Source: Escherichia phage ECML-363
Sequence record: OL631483.1
DNA length: 64,000 nt
Direction: 5' to 3' (one strand)
A program made the position numbers and the translations under genes. Below the pieces are notes generated by a model. The model had not been told where the DNA came from and did no database searches. It saw only the letters and a program-made list of their open reading frames with translations. Each line of letters starts with the position of its first letter. Positions within the stretch are counted from its first letter, which is position 1. Below are positions 43,054 to 55,807 of this stretch, in pieces.

Positions 43054-43388
43054 AGCAGAAAATCTAATGTATTAGTTTTTTCACAACGAACAACAGAAGG
43101 ACGTAAAAGATTTTCGTCAATGGCTTCTGACTGAATTTTTTCAATTATACCTGAAGGAATAAATTTAGCAAATTGAGTTTCAGGAATAGAATTTTCTTCC
43201 AAGAATGCTGTTGTAGCTTCAAGATAACTCATTCCAAACTCTTCTACCATTTTTTCAATAATAAATCCATTTTCTTGACGATCAAGAAGCTTTGCTATTT
43301 CATCCTTTTCTTTCTTAATTGAAAGTTCTTTTTCTGAAAGACCGGTCTCATCGACCGGACGAATATCATTTAGAGAAAACTGTGTCAT
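43050..43388 (-). CDS. 33: Late transcription co-activator gp33
   Basis: Start corrected to MTQFSLNDIRPVDETGLSEKE... (112 aa). Confidence 0.9.
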   Translation of the reverse strand: MTQFSLNDIRPVDETGLSEKELSIKKEKDEIAKLLDRQENGFIIEKMVEEFGMSYLEATTAFLEENSIPETQFAKFIPSGIIEKIQSEAIDENLLRPSVVRCEKTNTLDFLL

Positions 43389-43635
43389 AAAGTTCAACTA
43401 CCTCTTCAGTTTCAGCTTCAAACACATCACGGTTATCTTTATGATACAAAGCTAATAGACGATTAAACATCTTACCATCAACGCCAAGTTCATCTTTGGC
43501 ACGAATTCGAATATCTTTAATCAGTTCATTATAACCGGAAATTTTCAGTTTATGATCAGATGCTTCTTTAATAAATTTAGCCAAGTCTTCGCCATGGATA
43601 GCTTCATCAAATTCAACCATTTCTTTTTTAGCCAT
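43366..43635 (-). CDS. dsbA: dsDNA-binding protein DsbA
   Basis: 89-aa ORF MAKKEMVEFDEAIHGEDLAKFIKEASDHKLKISGYNELIKDIRIRAKDELG... Confidence 0.9.
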   Translation of the reverse strand: MAKKEMVEFDEAIHGEDLAKFIKEASDHKLKISGYNELIKDIRIRAKDELGVDGKMFNRLLALYHKDNRDVFEAETEEVVELYDTVFSK

Positions 43636-43643
43636 TATTCACC

Positions 43644-44561
43644 TCAAAATTCATTAATGCTGTTAGTTAATTTAGAAAGACCAGATTTTACAAAATAAGA
43701 ATAAATTTTGCCACGCGGTGGTAATTTATATGAATTATAGTAATTCACAATGTTTGAAGCAATATTATCAGGAATATAATCAAAATCAATTAGAACTAAA
43801 TTTTCTTTATAACGATTATATTCAGATTCTGTGAGAAGCACCTTAGCTTGTTCACGGTCATTAGCAATAGCTTCAACGATTGAAGTTTTCATTGAAGGAG
43901 TTCGTTCACCTTCAACTTTGGTAAACCAAAAGTCAGATCGTACTTTAACTGAAGCAACGTTATCCTTTTTGTCACCTTTAAGGATTTTAGTCATACAGTC
44001 AATTTCAGCAGAACCGCTTTTAATTTTAACCCATTTCTTATGCATCGGTGACCATTGCTTAACATTTGGATATTTGTGAAGCTGCGTAAAGTCACCATCC
44101 GATGAAATGATTAAAATCTTGTGTCCTTCTAAAGAGAACTTTTTAACAAGTACTGCAATGTGGTCATCTGCTTCATACTTATCAATATCCATAACAATGT
44201 ATGGCATATAAGCTTTCAATTCATCTATAACTTTATGGCTGGATTCAAAATAACCTTCCCAGTCCCAAGTCGATTCTTCTCGTGCTTTTCCACGGTTTTT
44301 CTTATAATAATACGCGAAATCACGACGCCAGTATCCAGATTTCGCATTATCAATACACAGTACAATTTTAGTGTATCCAAGAGTTTTTGCTTTTTTGACA
44401 TTAAACTTAATTGAGTTCAATATCAAATGACGAACCATTGATAAATTAATTTTTTCTTTATCTGGAAAGTTTACTAAAGCAGTTGAAAGCGCAATTTGAC
44501 TAAAGTCAATAAAGCAAATTCCTTCTTTGTAATCTTCATCCAGCATCATTTCTAAATCCAT
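43644..44561 (-). CDS. rnh: RNase H (5'-3' exonuclease, FEN family)
   Basis: Start corrected to MDLEMMLDEDYKEGICFIDFSQIAL... (305 aa). Confidence 0.95.
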   Translation of the reverse strand: MDLEMMLDEDYKEGICFIDFSQIALSTALVNFPDKEKINLSMVRHLILNSIKFNVKKAKTLGYTKIVLCIDNAKSGYWRRDFAYYYKKNRGKAREESTWDWEGYFESSHKVIDELKAYMPYIVMDIDKYEADDHIAVLVKKFSLEGHKILIISSDGDFTQLHKYPNVKQWSPMHKKWVKIKSGSAEIDCMTKILKGDKKDNVASVKVRSDFWFTKVEGERTPSMKTSIVEAIANDREQAKVLLTESEYNRYKENLVLIDFDYIPDNIASNIVNYYNSYKLPPRGKIYSYFVKSGLSKLTNSINEF

Positions 44562-44623
44562 ATGAACCTCGTTCAATTAGTGAGATTTCTATTATATACC
44601 ATCCAAATCTTAAAGTAAACAAG

Positions 44624-44631
44624 TATAAATA
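44624..44631 (+). promoter_or_regulatory. Late promoter TATAAATA upstream of gene 34
   Basis: Exact TATAAATA ~35 nt upstream of gene 34 ATG. Confidence 0.65.
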
Positions 44632-44665
44632 CTTATTATTGAAAACACAATAGGAGCCCGGGAGA

Positions 44666-47600
44666 ATGGCCGAGATTAAAAGAAAGTTCAGAGCAGAAGA
44701 CGGTCTGGACGCAGGTGGCGATAAAATAATCAACGTAGCTTTAGCTGATCGTACCGTAGGAACTGACGGTGTTAACGTTGATTACTTAATTCAAGAAAAC
44801 ACAGTTCAACAATATGATCCAACTCGTGGATATTTAAAAGATTTTGTAATCATTTATGATAACCGTTTTTGGGCTGCTATAAATGATATTCCAAAACCAG
44901 CAGGAGCTTTTAATAGCGTACGATGGAGAGCGTTACGTACTGATGCAAACTGGACAACTGTTTCGTCAGGACCTTATCAATTAAAATCAGGCGAATCGAT
45001 TTCAGTTAACACTGCAGCGGGTAATGACATTACATTTACTTTGCCATCTTCTCCAATTGATGGTGATACTATCGTTCTCCAAGATATTGGAGGAAAACCT
45101 GGAGTTAACCAGGTTTTAATTACAGCTCCGGTACAAAGCATTGTAAACTTTAGAGGTCAACAAGTACGCTCAGTACTAATGACTCATCCAAAATCACAGA
45201 TAGTTTTAATTTTTAGTAATCGTCTGTGGCAAATGTATGTTGCTGATTATAGCAGAGAAGCGGCAGTTGTAACGCCAGCGAGTCTTTATCAAGCGCAATC
45301 AAACGATTTTATCGTGCGTAGATTTACTTCTGCTTCAGCAATTAATATTAAACTTCCTAGATTTGCTAATCATGGGGATATTATTAATTTTGTTGATTTA
45401 GATAAATTAAATCCGTTATATCATACTATCGTTACTACATACGATGAAACGACTTCAGTACAAGAAGTTGGAACTCATTCTATTGAAGGCCGTACATCTA
45501 TTGATGGTTTCTTAATGTTTGATGATAATGAGAAATTGTGGAGATTGTTTGACGGGGATAGTAAAGCACGTTTACGCATTATAACGACTAATTCTAATAT
45601 TCGTCCAAATGAAGAAGTCATGGTATTTGGCGCGAATAATGGAACAACCCAAACAATTGAACTTCAGCTTCCAACTGATATTTCTATCGGTGATACTGTT
45701 AAGATTTCCATGAATTATATGAGAAAAGGACAAACAGTTAAAATCAAAGCTGCCGGTGAAGATAAAATTGCTTCTTCAGTTCAATTGCTGCAATTTCCAA
45801 AACGTTCAGAATACCCACCTGAAACTAAATGGGTGACTGTTCAAGAATTAGTTTTTAATGGCGAAACCAATTATGTTCCAGTTTTACAGCTTGCTTATAT
45901 TGAAGATTCCGATGGAAAATATTGGGTTGTACAGCAAAACGTTCCAACTGTAGAAAGAGTAGACTCTTTAAATAATTCTACTAGAGCAAGATTAGGCGTA
46001 ATTGCTTTAGCTACACAGGCTCAAGCTAATGCTGATCTAGAAAATTCTCCACAAAAAGAACTGGCAATTACTCCAGAAACGCTAGCTAATCGTACTGCTA
46101 CAGAAACTCGTAGAGGTATTGCAAGAATAGCAACAACTGCGCAAGTAAACCAGGATACCACATTCTCTTTTGCAGATGACCTTATCATCACTCCTAAAAA
46201 GTTGAATGAAAGAACTGCTACAGAAACTCGCAGAGGTGTCGCAGAAATTGCTACGCAACAGGAAACTAATACAGGTACTGATGATACTACAATCATTACT
46301 CCTAAAAAGCTTCAAGCTCGCCAAGGTTCTGAATCATTATCTGGTATTGTAACTTTTGTATCTACTGCAGGTGCTACTCCGGCTTCTAGCCGTGAATTAA
46401 ATGGTACGAATGTTTATAATAAAAACACTAATAACTTAGTTGTTTCACCTAAAGCCTTGGATCAGTATAAAGCTACTCCAACACAGCAAGGTGCGGTAAT
46501 TTTAGCAGTTGAAAGTGAAGTAATTGCTGGACAAAGTCAAGAAGGATGGGCAAATGCGGTTGTAACGCCAGAAACGTTACATAAAAAGACATCAACTGAT
46601 GGAAGAATTGGTTTAATTGAAATTGCTACTCAAAGTGAAGTTAATACAGGAACTGATTATACTCGTGCAGTCACTCCTAAAACTTTAAATGACCGTAGAG
46701 CAACTGAAAGTTTAAGTGGTATAGCTGAAATTGCTACACAAGTTGAATTCGACGCAGGCGTCGACGATACTCGTATCTCTACACCATTAAAAATTAAAAC
46801 TAGATTTAATAGTACTGATCGTACTTCTGTTGTTGCTCTATCTGGATTAGTTGAATCAGGAACTCTCTGGGACCATTATACCCTTAATATTCTTGAAGCA
46901 AATGAGACACAACGTGGTACACTTCGTGTGGCTACACAAGTTGAAGCTGCTGCTGGAAAATTAGATAATGTTTTAATAACTCCTAAAAAGCTTTTAGGTA
47001 CTAAATCTACCGAATCACAAGAAGGTGTTATTAAAGTTGCAACTCAGTCTGAAACTGTGGCTGGAACGTCAGCGAACACTGCTGTATCTCCAAAAAATTT
47101 AAAATGGATTGTACAGAGTGAACCTACCTGGGCAGCTACTACTGCGATAAGAGGTTTTGTTAAAACTTCATCTGGTTCAATTACATTTGTCGGTAATGAT
47201 ACAGTCGGTTCTACCCAAGATTTAGAACTGTATGAGAAAAATAGCTATGCAGTATCACCATACGAATTAAACCGTGTATTAGCAAATTATTTGCCATTAA
47301 AAGCAAAAGCTGCAGATAGTAATTTATTGGATGGTCTAGATTCATCTCAGTTCATTCGTAGGGACATTGCGCAGACGGTTAATGGTTCACTAACCTTAAC
47401 CCAACAAACGAATCTGAGTGCCCCTCTTGTATCATCTAGTACTGCTACGTTTGGTGGTTCAGTTACAGCAAATAGTGTACTAACGATTTCTAATACTGGA
47501 ACAGCAACTCGATTGATTTTTGAGAAAGGACCTCAAACTGGAACAAACCCAGCCCAAACGATGACTGTTAGAGTGTGGGGAAATCAATTTAGTGGGGAAT

Positions 47601-48535
47601 TAGATACAACACGTTCTACCGTATTTGAAGTTAGTGATGAAACATCTAGTCATTTTTATTCTCAGCGCAATAAAGCTGGAAATATAACATTTAATATCAA
47701 CGGTACAGTAACACCGATAAATGTTAATGCTTCAGGAACATTGAATGCAAATGGCGCAGCAACATTTGGTAATTCAGTCACTGCAACTGGTGAAATTATT
47801 TCTCGAAGCGCAAATGCTTTCCGTGCTATTAACGGAAATTATGGTTTCATTATTCGCAACGATGGATCAGTAACGAATTTTATGCTTACTGCATCGGGTG
47901 ATCAGACTGGTGGATTCAATGGATTACGCCCATTAGCTATTAATAATGCATCTGGTCAAGTAACGATTGGTGAAAGCTTAATCATCGCCAAAGGTGCTAC
48001 TATAAATTCTGGTGGTTTAACTGTTAACTCGAGAATTCGTTCTCAAGGTACTAAAACATCTGACTTATATACACGCGCGCCAACATCTGATACTGTAGGA
48101 TTCTGGTCAATTGATATTAACGATTCAGCTACTTATAACCAGTTCCCAGGTTATTTTAAAATGGTTGAAAAAACTAATGAAGTGACTGGTCTTCCATATT
48201 TAGAACGTGGCGAAGAAGTTAAATCTCCTGGTACACTGACTCAGTTTGGTAACACACTTGATTCGCTTTATCAAGATTGGATTACTTATCCAACGACGCC
48301 AGAAGCGCGTACCACTCGCTGGACACGTACATGGCAGAAAACCAAAAATTCTTGGTCAAGTTTTGTTCAGGTATTTGATGGAGGTAACCCTCCTCAACCG
48401 TCTGATATCGGTGCTTTACCATCTGATAATGCTACAATGGGTAATCTTACTATTCGTGATTTCTTACGAATTGGTAATGTTCGCATTATTCCTGACCCAG
48501 TGAATAAAACTGTTAAATTTGAATGGGTTGAATAA
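44666..48535 (+). CDS. 34: Long tail fibre proximal subunit gp34
   Basis: 1289-aa ORF MAEIKRKFRAEDGLDAGGDKIINVALADRTVGTDGVNVDYLIQENTVQQYDP...; internal repeated ...TETRRGIA(R/E)IAT... motifs. Confidence 0.97.
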   Translation: MAEIKRKFRAEDGLDAGGDKIINVALADRTVGTDGVNVDYLIQENTVQQYDPTRGYLKDFVIIYDNRFWAAINDIPKPAGAFNSVRWRALRTDANWTTVSSGPYQLKSGESISVNTAAGNDITFTLPSSPIDGDTIVLQDIGGKPGVNQVLITAPVQSIVNFRGQQVRSVLMTHPKSQIVLIFSNRLWQMYVADYSREAAVVTPASLYQAQSNDFIVRRFTSASAINIKLPRFANHGDIINFVDLDKLNPLYHTIVTTYDETTSVQEVGTHSIEGRTSIDGFLMFDDNEKLWRLFDGDSKARLRIITTNSNIRPNEEVMVFGANNGTTQTIELQLPTDISIGDTVKISMNYMRKGQTVKIKAAGEDKIASSVQLLQFPKRSEYPPETKWVTVQELVFNGETNYVPVLQLAYIEDSDGKYWVVQQNVPTVERVDSLNNSTRARLGVIALATQAQANADLENSPQKELAITPETLANRTATETRRGIARIATTAQVNQDTTFSFADDLIITPKKLNERTATETRRGVAEIATQQETNTGTDDTTIITPKKLQARQGSESLSGIVTFVSTAGATPASSRELNGTNVYNKNTNNLVVSPKALDQYKATPTQQGAVILAVESEVIAGQSQEGWANAVVTPETLHKKTSTDGRIGLIEIATQSEVNTGTDYTRAVTPKTLNDRRATESLSGIAEIATQVEFDAGVDDTRISTPLKIKTRFNSTDRTSVVALSGLVESGTLWDHYTLNILEANETQRGTLRVATQVEAAAGKLDNVLITPKKLLGTKSTESQEGVIKVATQSETVAGTSANTAVSPKNLKWIVQSEPTWAATTAIRGFVKTSSGSITFVGNDTVGSTQDLELYEKNSYAVSPYELNRVLANYLPLKAKAADSNLLDGLDSSQFIRRDIAQTVNGSLTLTQQTNLSAPLVSSSTATFGGSVTANSVLTISNTGTATRLIFEKGPQTGTNPAQTMTVRVWGNQFSGELDTTRSTVFEVSDETSSHFYSQRNKAGNITFNINGTVTPINVNASGTLNANGAATFGNSVTATGEIISRSANAFRAINGNYGFIIRNDGSVTNFMLTASGDQTGGFNGLRPLAINNASGQVTIGESLIIAKGATINSGGLTVNSRIRSQGTKTSDLYTRAPTSDTVGFWSIDINDSATYNQFPGYFKMVEKTNEVTGLPYLERGEEVKSPGTLTQFGNTLDSLYQDWITYPTTPEARTTRWTRTWQKTKNSWSSFVQVFDGGNPPQPSDIGALPSDNATMGNLTIRDFLRIGNVRIIPDPVNKTVKFEWVE
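46060..47090 (+). repeat. Reiterated coding repeats within gene 34
   Basis: At least eight copies of a ~30-40-aa unit (ITPE/KKL..RTATETRRGIAEIATQ...) visible in translation. Confidence 0.7.
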
Positions 48536-48543
48536 GAGGTATT

Positions 48544-49659
48544 ATGGAAAAATTTATGGCAGAGTTTGGACAAGGATATGTCCAAACGCCATTTTTATCG
48601 GAAAGCAATTCAGTAAGATATAAAATAAGTATAGCGGGTTCTTGCCCGCTTTCTACCGCAGGACCATACGTTAAATTTCAGGATAATCCTGTAGGAAGTC
48701 AAACATTTAGTGCAGGTCTTCATTTAAGAGTTTTTGACCCTTCCACGGGAGCATTGGTTGATAGTAAGTCATATGTTTTTTCGACTTCAAATGATACTAC
48801 ATCAGCTGCTTTTGTTAGTTTCATGAATTCTTTTTCAAGCAATAGACTTGTTGCCATATTAACTAGCGGAAAGGTTAATTTTCCTCCTGAAGTAGTATCT
48901 TGGTTAAGAACGGCAGGAACATCTGCTTTTCCATCTGATTCTTTATTGTCAAGATTTGATGTATCATATGCTGCCTTTTACACTTCTTCTAAAAGAGCTA
49001 TCGCACTAGAGCATGTTAAACTGAGTAACAGAAAAAGCACAGATGACTATCAAACTATATTAGATGTAGTATTTGACAGTTTAGAAGATGTTGGAGCGAC
49101 AGGATTTCCTAAAAGAACATATGAAAGCGTTGAGCAATTTATGTCAGCTGTTGGTGGAACTAATAACGAAATTGCACGTCTACCTACAGCATCTGCAATA
49201 AGTAAACTTTCTGACTATAATTTAATTCCTGGAGATGTTCTTTATCTTAAAGCACAACTATATGCTGATGCTGATTTACTTGCTCTTGGAACTACAAATA
49301 TATCTATCCGTTTTTATAATGCATCAAATGGATATATTTCCTCGACACAAGCTGAGTTTACCGGACAAGCTGGGTCTTGGGAATTAAAAGAAGATTATGT
49401 AGTTGTTCCTGAAAATGCAGTAGGATTTACGATATACGCACAGAGAACTGCACAAGCGGGTCAAGGCGGTATGAGAAATTTAAGCTTTTCTGAAGTGTCA
49501 AGAAATGGCGGCATTTCAAAACCTGCTGAGTTTGGCGTCAATGGTATTCGAGTTAATTATATCTGCGAATCTGCTTCACCTCCAGATATAATGGTACTTC
49601 CTACGCAAGCATCGTCTAAAACTGGTAAAGTGTTTGGGCAAGAATTTAGAGAAGTTTAA
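48544..49659 (+). CDS. 35: Long tail fibre hinge connector gp35
   Basis: 371-aa ORF MEKFMAEFGQGYVQTPFLSESNSVRYKISIAGSCPLSTAGPYVKF... Confidence 0.95.
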   Translation: MEKFMAEFGQGYVQTPFLSESNSVRYKISIAGSCPLSTAGPYVKFQDNPVGSQTFSAGLHLRVFDPSTGALVDSKSYVFSTSNDTTSAAFVSFMNSFSSNRLVAILTSGKVNFPPEVVSWLRTAGTSAFPSDSLLSRFDVSYAAFYTSSKRAIALEHVKLSNRKSTDDYQTILDVVFDSLEDVGATGFPKRTYESVEQFMSAVGGTNNEIARLPTASAISKLSDYNLIPGDVLYLKAQLYADADLLALGTTNISIRFYNASNGYISSTQAEFTGQAGSWELKEDYVVVPENAVGFTIYAQRTAQAGQGGMRNLSFSEVSRNGGISKPAEFGVNGIRVNYICESASPPDIMVLPTQASSKTGKVFGQEFREV

Positions 49660-49662
49660 ATT

Positions 49663-49688
49663 GAGGGAGCCTTCGGGCTCCCTTTTTC
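49663..49688 (+). terminator. Hairpin terminator after gene 35 (GGGAGCC-TTCG-GGCTCCC plus T-run)
   Basis: 7-bp GC stem, UUCG loop, TTTTTCTTT. Confidence 0.7.
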
Positions 49689-49690
49689 TT

Positions 49691-49698
49691 TATAAATA
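49691..49698 (+). promoter_or_regulatory. Late promoter TATAAATA upstream of gene 36
   Basis: Exact TATAAATA ~24 nt upstream of gene 36 ATG. Confidence 0.65.
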
Positions 49699-49721
49699 CT
49701 ATTAAAATAAAGGGGCATACA

Positions 49722-50378
49722 ATGGCTGATTTAAAAGTAGGTTCAACAACTGGAGGCTCTGTCATTTGGCATCAAGGAAATTTTCCATTGAATCCAGCCG
49801 GTGACGATGTACTCTATAAATCATTTAAAATATATTCAGAATATAATAAACCACAAGCTGCTGATAACGATTTCGTTTCTAAAGCTAATGGTGGTACATA
49901 TTTAAATAAAGTAATTTTTAATAAAGGAATGACTGTTCCTGGTGCTGGGTCAGGTGACAACGGTATTTTTGCCGGTCCTGGTGATAATGCCACATATGAT
50001 ACTACAAATATGGATATTGTTTCATGGTATGGTATCGGCTTTAAATCATCACAAGGGGCAGCAGGTAGAACTGTAGTAATTAACACACGAAACGGAGATA
50101 TTAGCTCAAAGGGTGTAATTGAAGCATCACAAATACGCGCAACTTCGTTATCACCAGTAAATAATTATGACCTTACGAGAAAAGATTATGTTGATGGAGC
50201 AATAAATATTGTTACAACAAATGTAAACTCTAGAGTATTACGCTCTGGAGACACTATGACAGGAAATTTAACTGCGCCAAACCTTTTTTCACAGAATCCT
50301 GCATCTCAACCCTCGCATGTTCCGCGATTTGACCAAATCGTAATTAAGGATTCTGTTCAAGATTTCGGCTATTATTAA
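49722..50378 (+). CDS. 36: Long tail fibre distal connector gp36
   Basis: 218-aa ORF MADLKVGSTTGGSVIWHQGNFPLNPAGDDVLYKSFKIYSEYNKPQAADNDFVSK... Confidence 0.9.
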   Translation: MADLKVGSTTGGSVIWHQGNFPLNPAGDDVLYKSFKIYSEYNKPQAADNDFVSKANGGTYLNKVIFNKGMTVPGAGSGDNGIFAGPGDNATYDTTNMDIVSWYGIGFKSSQGAAGRTVVINTRNGDISSKGVIEASQIRATSLSPVNNYDLTRKDYVDGAINIVTTNVNSRVLRSGDTMTGNLTAPNLFSQNPASQPSHVPRFDQIVIKDSVQDFGYY

Positions 50379-50386
50379 GAGGACTT

Positions 50387-53300
50387 ATGGCTACTTTAAA
50401 ACAAATACAATTTAAAAGAAGCAAAACGGCAGGTCAACGTCCAGCTGCTTCAGTATTAGCCGAAGGTGAATTGGCTATAAACTTAAAAGACCGTGTACTT
50501 TTTACTAAAGATGACCAGGGAAATATTATTGATTTAGGTTTTGCTAAAGGCGGTAGTATTGACGGGAATGTTATTCATAAAGGCAATTATAACCAAACTG
50601 GCGATTATACTTTAAACGGTACATTCACCCAGACTGGTAATTTTAATTTAACCGGTATTGCTCGAGTAACTCGTGATATTATTGCTGCTGGGCAGATTAT
50701 GACTGAAGGCGGAGAACTTATTACAAAAAGTTCAGGAACGGCACACGTTCGTTTTCATGATTCCGCCGACCGTGAACGCGGTATTATTTTTTCTCCTGCT
50801 AATGACGGTTTAACTACACAAGTAATTAACATCAGAGTTCAAGATTACAAAGCCGGTTCAGAAAGCACTTTCGCTTTTAATGGAAATGGTTTGTTTTCTT
50901 CACCAGAAGTTTTTGGGTGGAAATCTGTATCAACTCCGGTAATTTATACCAATAAAGTTATCACCAATAAAAAAGTTAAAGATGATTATGACATCTATTC
51001 GATGGCAGACAATGTTCCATTGTCTGAAAGCACTACTGCTATTAATCATCTTCGTGTTATGCGTAATGCAGTTGGTTCTGGTATTTTCCATGAAGTTAAA
51101 GATAATGATGGAATAACATGGTATAGTGGAGATGGATTAGACGCTTATCTTTGGTCATTTACTTGGAGCGGCGGAATTAAATCAAGTCACTCAATTTCCA
51201 TCGGTTTAACACCCGGACCTAAGGATTACTCAATATTAGGACCGTCTAGTATCGCTTTAGGAGATAATGATACTGGATTTAAATGGCATCAAGACGGATA
51301 TTATTTCAGTGTTAACAATGGCACAAAAACGTTTTTATTTAGTCCAAGCGAAACAACTAGCCTAAGAAAATTTATAGCTGGATATTCTACTAACGGAACC
51401 GATTTAACTACTCCTCCAACTGAAAATTATGCTCTTGCTACTGTAGTGACATACCATGATAATAACGCGTTTGGGGATGGTCAGACTCTTTTAGGATATT
51501 ATCAAGGCGGTAACTATCATCATTATTTCCGCGGCAAGGGCACTACAAACATTAATACTCATGGCGGTTTGTTAGTTACTCCAGGCAATATTGACGTTAT
51601 TGGTGGTTCTGTTAATATCGATGGTAGAAATAATAATTCAACTTTAATGTTTAAAGGCTATACCATGGGTCAAAGCTCCGTTGATAACATGTATATAGCT
51701 GTTTGGGGAAATACTTTTACTAATCCAAGTGAAGGCACCCGTAAAAATGTCATGGAAATTTCTGATGATATTGGATGGATGCATTATATTCAACGTAATA
51801 AAGATAATACGGTTGAAGCCGTGTTAAATGGTCAACAAACAATTAATGAAAATATTATTGCGAAAAAGGATATTTGGGTTGACCGAGCAGTTCATACCAT
51901 TGGCGAAATCACTACAAATGCTGTTAATGGTCTTCGTATTTGGAACAATGATTACGGAGTTATTTTTAGACGCTCAGAAGAAAGTCTTCATATTATTCCT
52001 ACAGCATTTGGCGAAGGAGAAACCGGTGATATTGGGCCTTTACGTCCTCTCAGCGTAGCTTTAAATTCCGGTAAAGTTACTATTCCAGATTTACAGTCAA
52101 GTTATAATACGTTCGCTGCAAATGGTTATATTAAATTTGCTGGTCATGGGGCTGGTGCCGGTGGTTATGATATTCAGTATTCACAAGCTGCTCCTATTTT
52201 CCAAGAAATCGATGATGCTGCTGTAAGCAAATATTATCCTATTGTTAAACAGAAGTTTTTAAACGGTAAAGCCGTTTGGTCTTTAGGTACTGAAATTAAT
52301 TCTGGTACATTTGTTTTACATCATTTGAAAGAAGATGGTTCACAAGGCCATACATCAAGATTTAATGCTGATGGTACAGTTAATTTCCCCGATAACGTTC
52401 AAGTTGGCGGCGGTGAAGCTACTATTGCTCGTAATGGTAATATTTTCTCAGATATTTGGAAATCGTTTACTTCTGCGGGAGAAACCACAAATATTCGCGA
52501 TGCAATAGCTACTCGTGTTTCTAAAGAAGGCGACACGATGACTGGTAAATTGACTTTATCGGCAGGCAATGATGCTCTCATTTTAACTGCGGGCGAAGGT
52601 GCTTCATCACATATCCGTAGTGATGTAGGTGGTACAGGTAACTGGTATATAGGCAAAGGCGGCGGCGACAATGGTCTAGGTTTTTATAGTTACATTACAC
52701 AAGGCGGTGTATACATAACAAATAACGGCGAAATATCGCTTTCTCCTCAAGGTCAAGGAACATTTAATTTTAATAGAGATCGCCTTCATATAAACGGTAC
52801 ACAATGGGTTGCGCACCAAGCTGGTGATTGGAGAAACCAATGGCGACAAGAAGCGCCAATATTTGTAGATTTTGGCAATGTCGGTAATGATAGTTATTAC
52901 CCGATTATCAAAGGAAAATCTGGTATTACTAATGAAGGATACATATCGGGTGTTGATTTTGGTATGCGACGCACTACTAACCAATGGGCTCAGGCTATTA
53001 TCCGTGTTGGTAACCAGGAAAATGGTTCTGACCCACAAGCTATCTATGAATTTCACCACAATGGAGTTCTGTATGCTCCTAATATGGTTCAAGCTGGAGC
53101 AAGATTATCAGCTGGCGGTGGTGACCCTGTATGGACCGGCCCGTGTCTTGTTATTGGTGATAATGATACTGGATTAGTTCATGGTGGTGACGGCCGAATC
53201 AATATGGTTGCAAATGGAGCGCATATTGCTTCGTGGTCTTCATCTTATCATTCTCATCCTGGCCTTTGGGATTCAAATGGAGCTTTTTGGACAGAAGTTG

Positions 53301-53716
53301 GCAAAGCAATTATTTCTCACGGCCATCTTGTCCAGGCGAATGACAGTTATTCCACATATGTCCGCGATGTTTATGTCCGTTCTGATATTCGTGTTAAAAA
53401 AGACCTTGTTAAATTTGAAAATGCTTCACAAACACTTTCAAAAATTAACGGTTACACTTATATGCAGAAGCGAGGCCTAGATGAAGAAGGCAATCAGAAA
53501 TGGGAACCTAACGCCGGTTTGATAGCTCAAGAAGTTCAAGCTATTTTGCCTGAATTAGTTGAAGGTGACCCTGATGGCGAAGCTTTACTTCGTTTGAACT
53601 ATAACGGTGTAATTGGTTTAAATACAGCTGCAATCAATGAGCATACTGCAGAAATTGCGGAACTTAAATCAGAAATTGAAGAACTTAAAGCATTAGTTAA
53701 ATCATTGTTAAAATAA
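50387..53716 (+). CDS. 37: Long tail fibre distal subunit gp37 with C-terminal intramolecular-chaperone-like domain
   Basis: 1109-aa [59 protein letters not shown]...; C-terminal coiled-coil tail. Confidence 0.95.
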   Translation: MATLKQIQFKRSKTAGQRPAASVLAEGELAINLKDRVLFTKDDQGNIIDLGFAKGGSIDGNVIHKGNYNQTGDYTLNGTFTQTGNFNLTGIARVTRDIIAAGQIMTEGGELITKSSGTAHVRFHDSADRERGIIFSPANDGLTTQVINIRVQDYKAGSESTFAFNGNGLFSSPEVFGWKSVSTPVIYTNKVITNKKVKDDYDIYSMADNVPLSESTTAINHLRVMRNAVGSGIFHEVKDNDGITWYSGDGLDAYLWSFTWSGGIKSSHSISIGLTPGPKDYSILGPSSIALGDNDTGFKWHQDGYYFSVNNGTKTFLFSPSETTSLRKFIAGYSTNGTDLTTPPTENYALATVVTYHDNNAFGDGQTLLGYYQGGNYHHYFRGKGTTNINTHGGLLVTPGNIDVIGGSVNIDGRNNNSTLMFKGYTMGQSSVDNMYIAVWGNTFTNPSEGTRKNVMEISDDIGWMHYIQRNKDNTVEAVLNGQQTINENIIAKKDIWVDRAVHTIGEITTNAVNGLRIWNNDYGVIFRRSEESLHIIPTAFGEGETGDIGPLRPLSVALNSGKVTIPDLQSSYNTFAANGYIKFAGHGAGAGGYDIQYSQAAPIFQEIDDAAVSKYYPIVKQKFLNGKAVWSLGTEINSGTFVLHHLKEDGSQGHTSRFNADGTVNFPDNVQVGGGEATIARNGNIFSDIWKSFTSAGETTNIRDAIATRVSKEGDTMTGKLTLSAGNDALILTAGEGASSHIRSDVGGTGNWYIGKGGGDNGLGFYSYITQGGVYITNNGEISLSPQGQGTFNFNRDRLHINGTQWVAHQAGDWRNQWRQEAPIFVDFGNVGNDSYYPIIKGKSGITNEGYISGVDFGMRRTTNQWAQAIIRVGNQENGSDPQAIYEFHHNGVLYAPNMVQAGARLSAGGGDPVWTGPCLVIGDNDTGLVHGGDGRINMVANGAHIASWSSSYHSHPGLWDSNGAFWTEVGKAIISHGHLVQANDSYSTYVRDVYVRSDIRVKKDLVKFENASQTLSKINGYTYMQKRGLDEEGNQKWEPNAGLIAQEVQAILPELVEGDPDGEALLRLNYNGVIGLNTAAINEHTAEIAELKSEIEELKALVKSLLK

Positions 53717-53721
53717 TAAGA

Positions 53722-53735
53722 GGGGCTTCGGCCCC
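53722..53735 (+). terminator. Hairpin GGGGC-TTCG-GCCCC between genes 37 and 38
   Basis: 5-bp GC stem, UUCG loop; weak T-run. Confidence 0.45.
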
Positions 53736-53747
53736 TTGGAGGTTTAT

Positions 53748-54833
<1,086 letters not shown>

Positions 54834-54865
54834 TTTTTGAATAAATATCCTTAAAAGGAGGGTCT

Positions 54866-55522
54866 ATGGCAGCACCTAGAATATCATTTTCGCCCTCTGA
54901 TATTCTATTTGGTGTTCTAGATCGCTTGTTCAAAGATAACGCTACCGGGAAAGTTCTTGCTTCCCGGGTAGCTGTCGTAGTTCTTTTGTTTATGATGGCG
55001 ATTGTTTGGTATAGGGGAGATAGTTTCTTTGAGTACTATAAGCAATCAAAGTATGAAACATACAGTGAAATTATTGAAAAGGAAAGAAATGCACGCTTTG
55101 AATCTGTCGCCCTGGAACAACTCCAGATAGTTCACATATCATCTGAGGCAGACTTTAGTGCGGTGTATTCTTTCCGCCCTAAAAACTTAAACTATTTTGT
55201 CGATATTATAGCATATGAAGGAAAATTACCTTCAACAATAAGTGAAAAATCACTTGGAGGATATCCTGTTGATAAAACTATGGATGAATATGCAGTTCAT
55301 TTAAATGGACGTCATTATTATTCCAACTCAAAATTTGCTTTTTTACCAACTAAAAAGCCTACTCCCGAAATAAACTACATGTACAGTTGTCCATATTTTA
55401 ATTTGGATAATATCTATGCTGGAACGATAACCATGTACTGGTATAGAAATGATCATATAAGTAATGACCGCCTTGAATCAATATGCGCCCAGGCGGCCAG
55501 AATATTAGGAAGGGCTAAATAA
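54866..55522 (+). CDS. t: Holin T
   Basis: 218-aa ORF with single N-proximal TM (VAVVVLLFMMAIVWY) and large C-terminal domain. Confidence 0.95.
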   Translation: MAAPRISFSPSDILFGVLDRLFKDNATGKVLASRVAVVVLLFMMAIVWYRGDSFFEYYKQSKYETYSEIIEKERNARFESVALEQLQIVHISSEADFSAVYSFRPKNLNYFVDIIAYEGKLPSTISEKSLGGYPVDKTMDEYAVHLNGRHYYSNSKFAFLPTKKPTPEINYMYSCPYFNLDNIYAGTITMYWYRNDHISNDRLESICAQAARILGRAK

Positions 55523-55795
55523 TTATTTGTTCGTATACATCTCTAGATATCGATATACACCCTCAAAACCCTCGTTGAATTCGTCGATGAGGGTTTTCTT
55601 ATCTTCTTGAGTTAATTCAGAAACAATTTTACGGAATGAATTCTGATTTAATTTTCTACCTTCATGTGTTACTCCAATCTCATTCAGAAATGCAATAAAA
55701 TTAGCACGATTTTCAACAATATCTTCTCTGGAAAATTTAATCAAAATAGACGCAACAGTAATAATTTCACGAACTGTATCAATATTTTTATTCAT
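55523..55795 (-). CDS. asiA: Anti-sigma-70 factor AsiA
   Basis: 90-aa ORF MNKNIDTVREIITVASILIKFSREDIVENRANFIAFLNEIGVTHEGRKLNQNSFRKIVSEL... Confidence 0.95.
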   Translation of the reverse strand: MNKNIDTVREIITVASILIKFSREDIVENRANFIAFLNEIGVTHEGRKLNQNSFRKIVSELTQEDKKTLIDEFNEGFEGVYRYLEMYTNK

Positions 55796-55807
55796 TAACT
55801 ATACCAC

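Noticed and set aside
46021-46324. Antisense ORFs within gene 34 repeat region
   Set aside because: Generated by the repetitive coding sequence of gp34 read on the opposite strand.
52399-53480. Several antisense or alternative-frame ORFs within gene 37
   Set aside because: Embedded in a long structural gene; Pro/Ser-rich or low-complexity translations without start signals.
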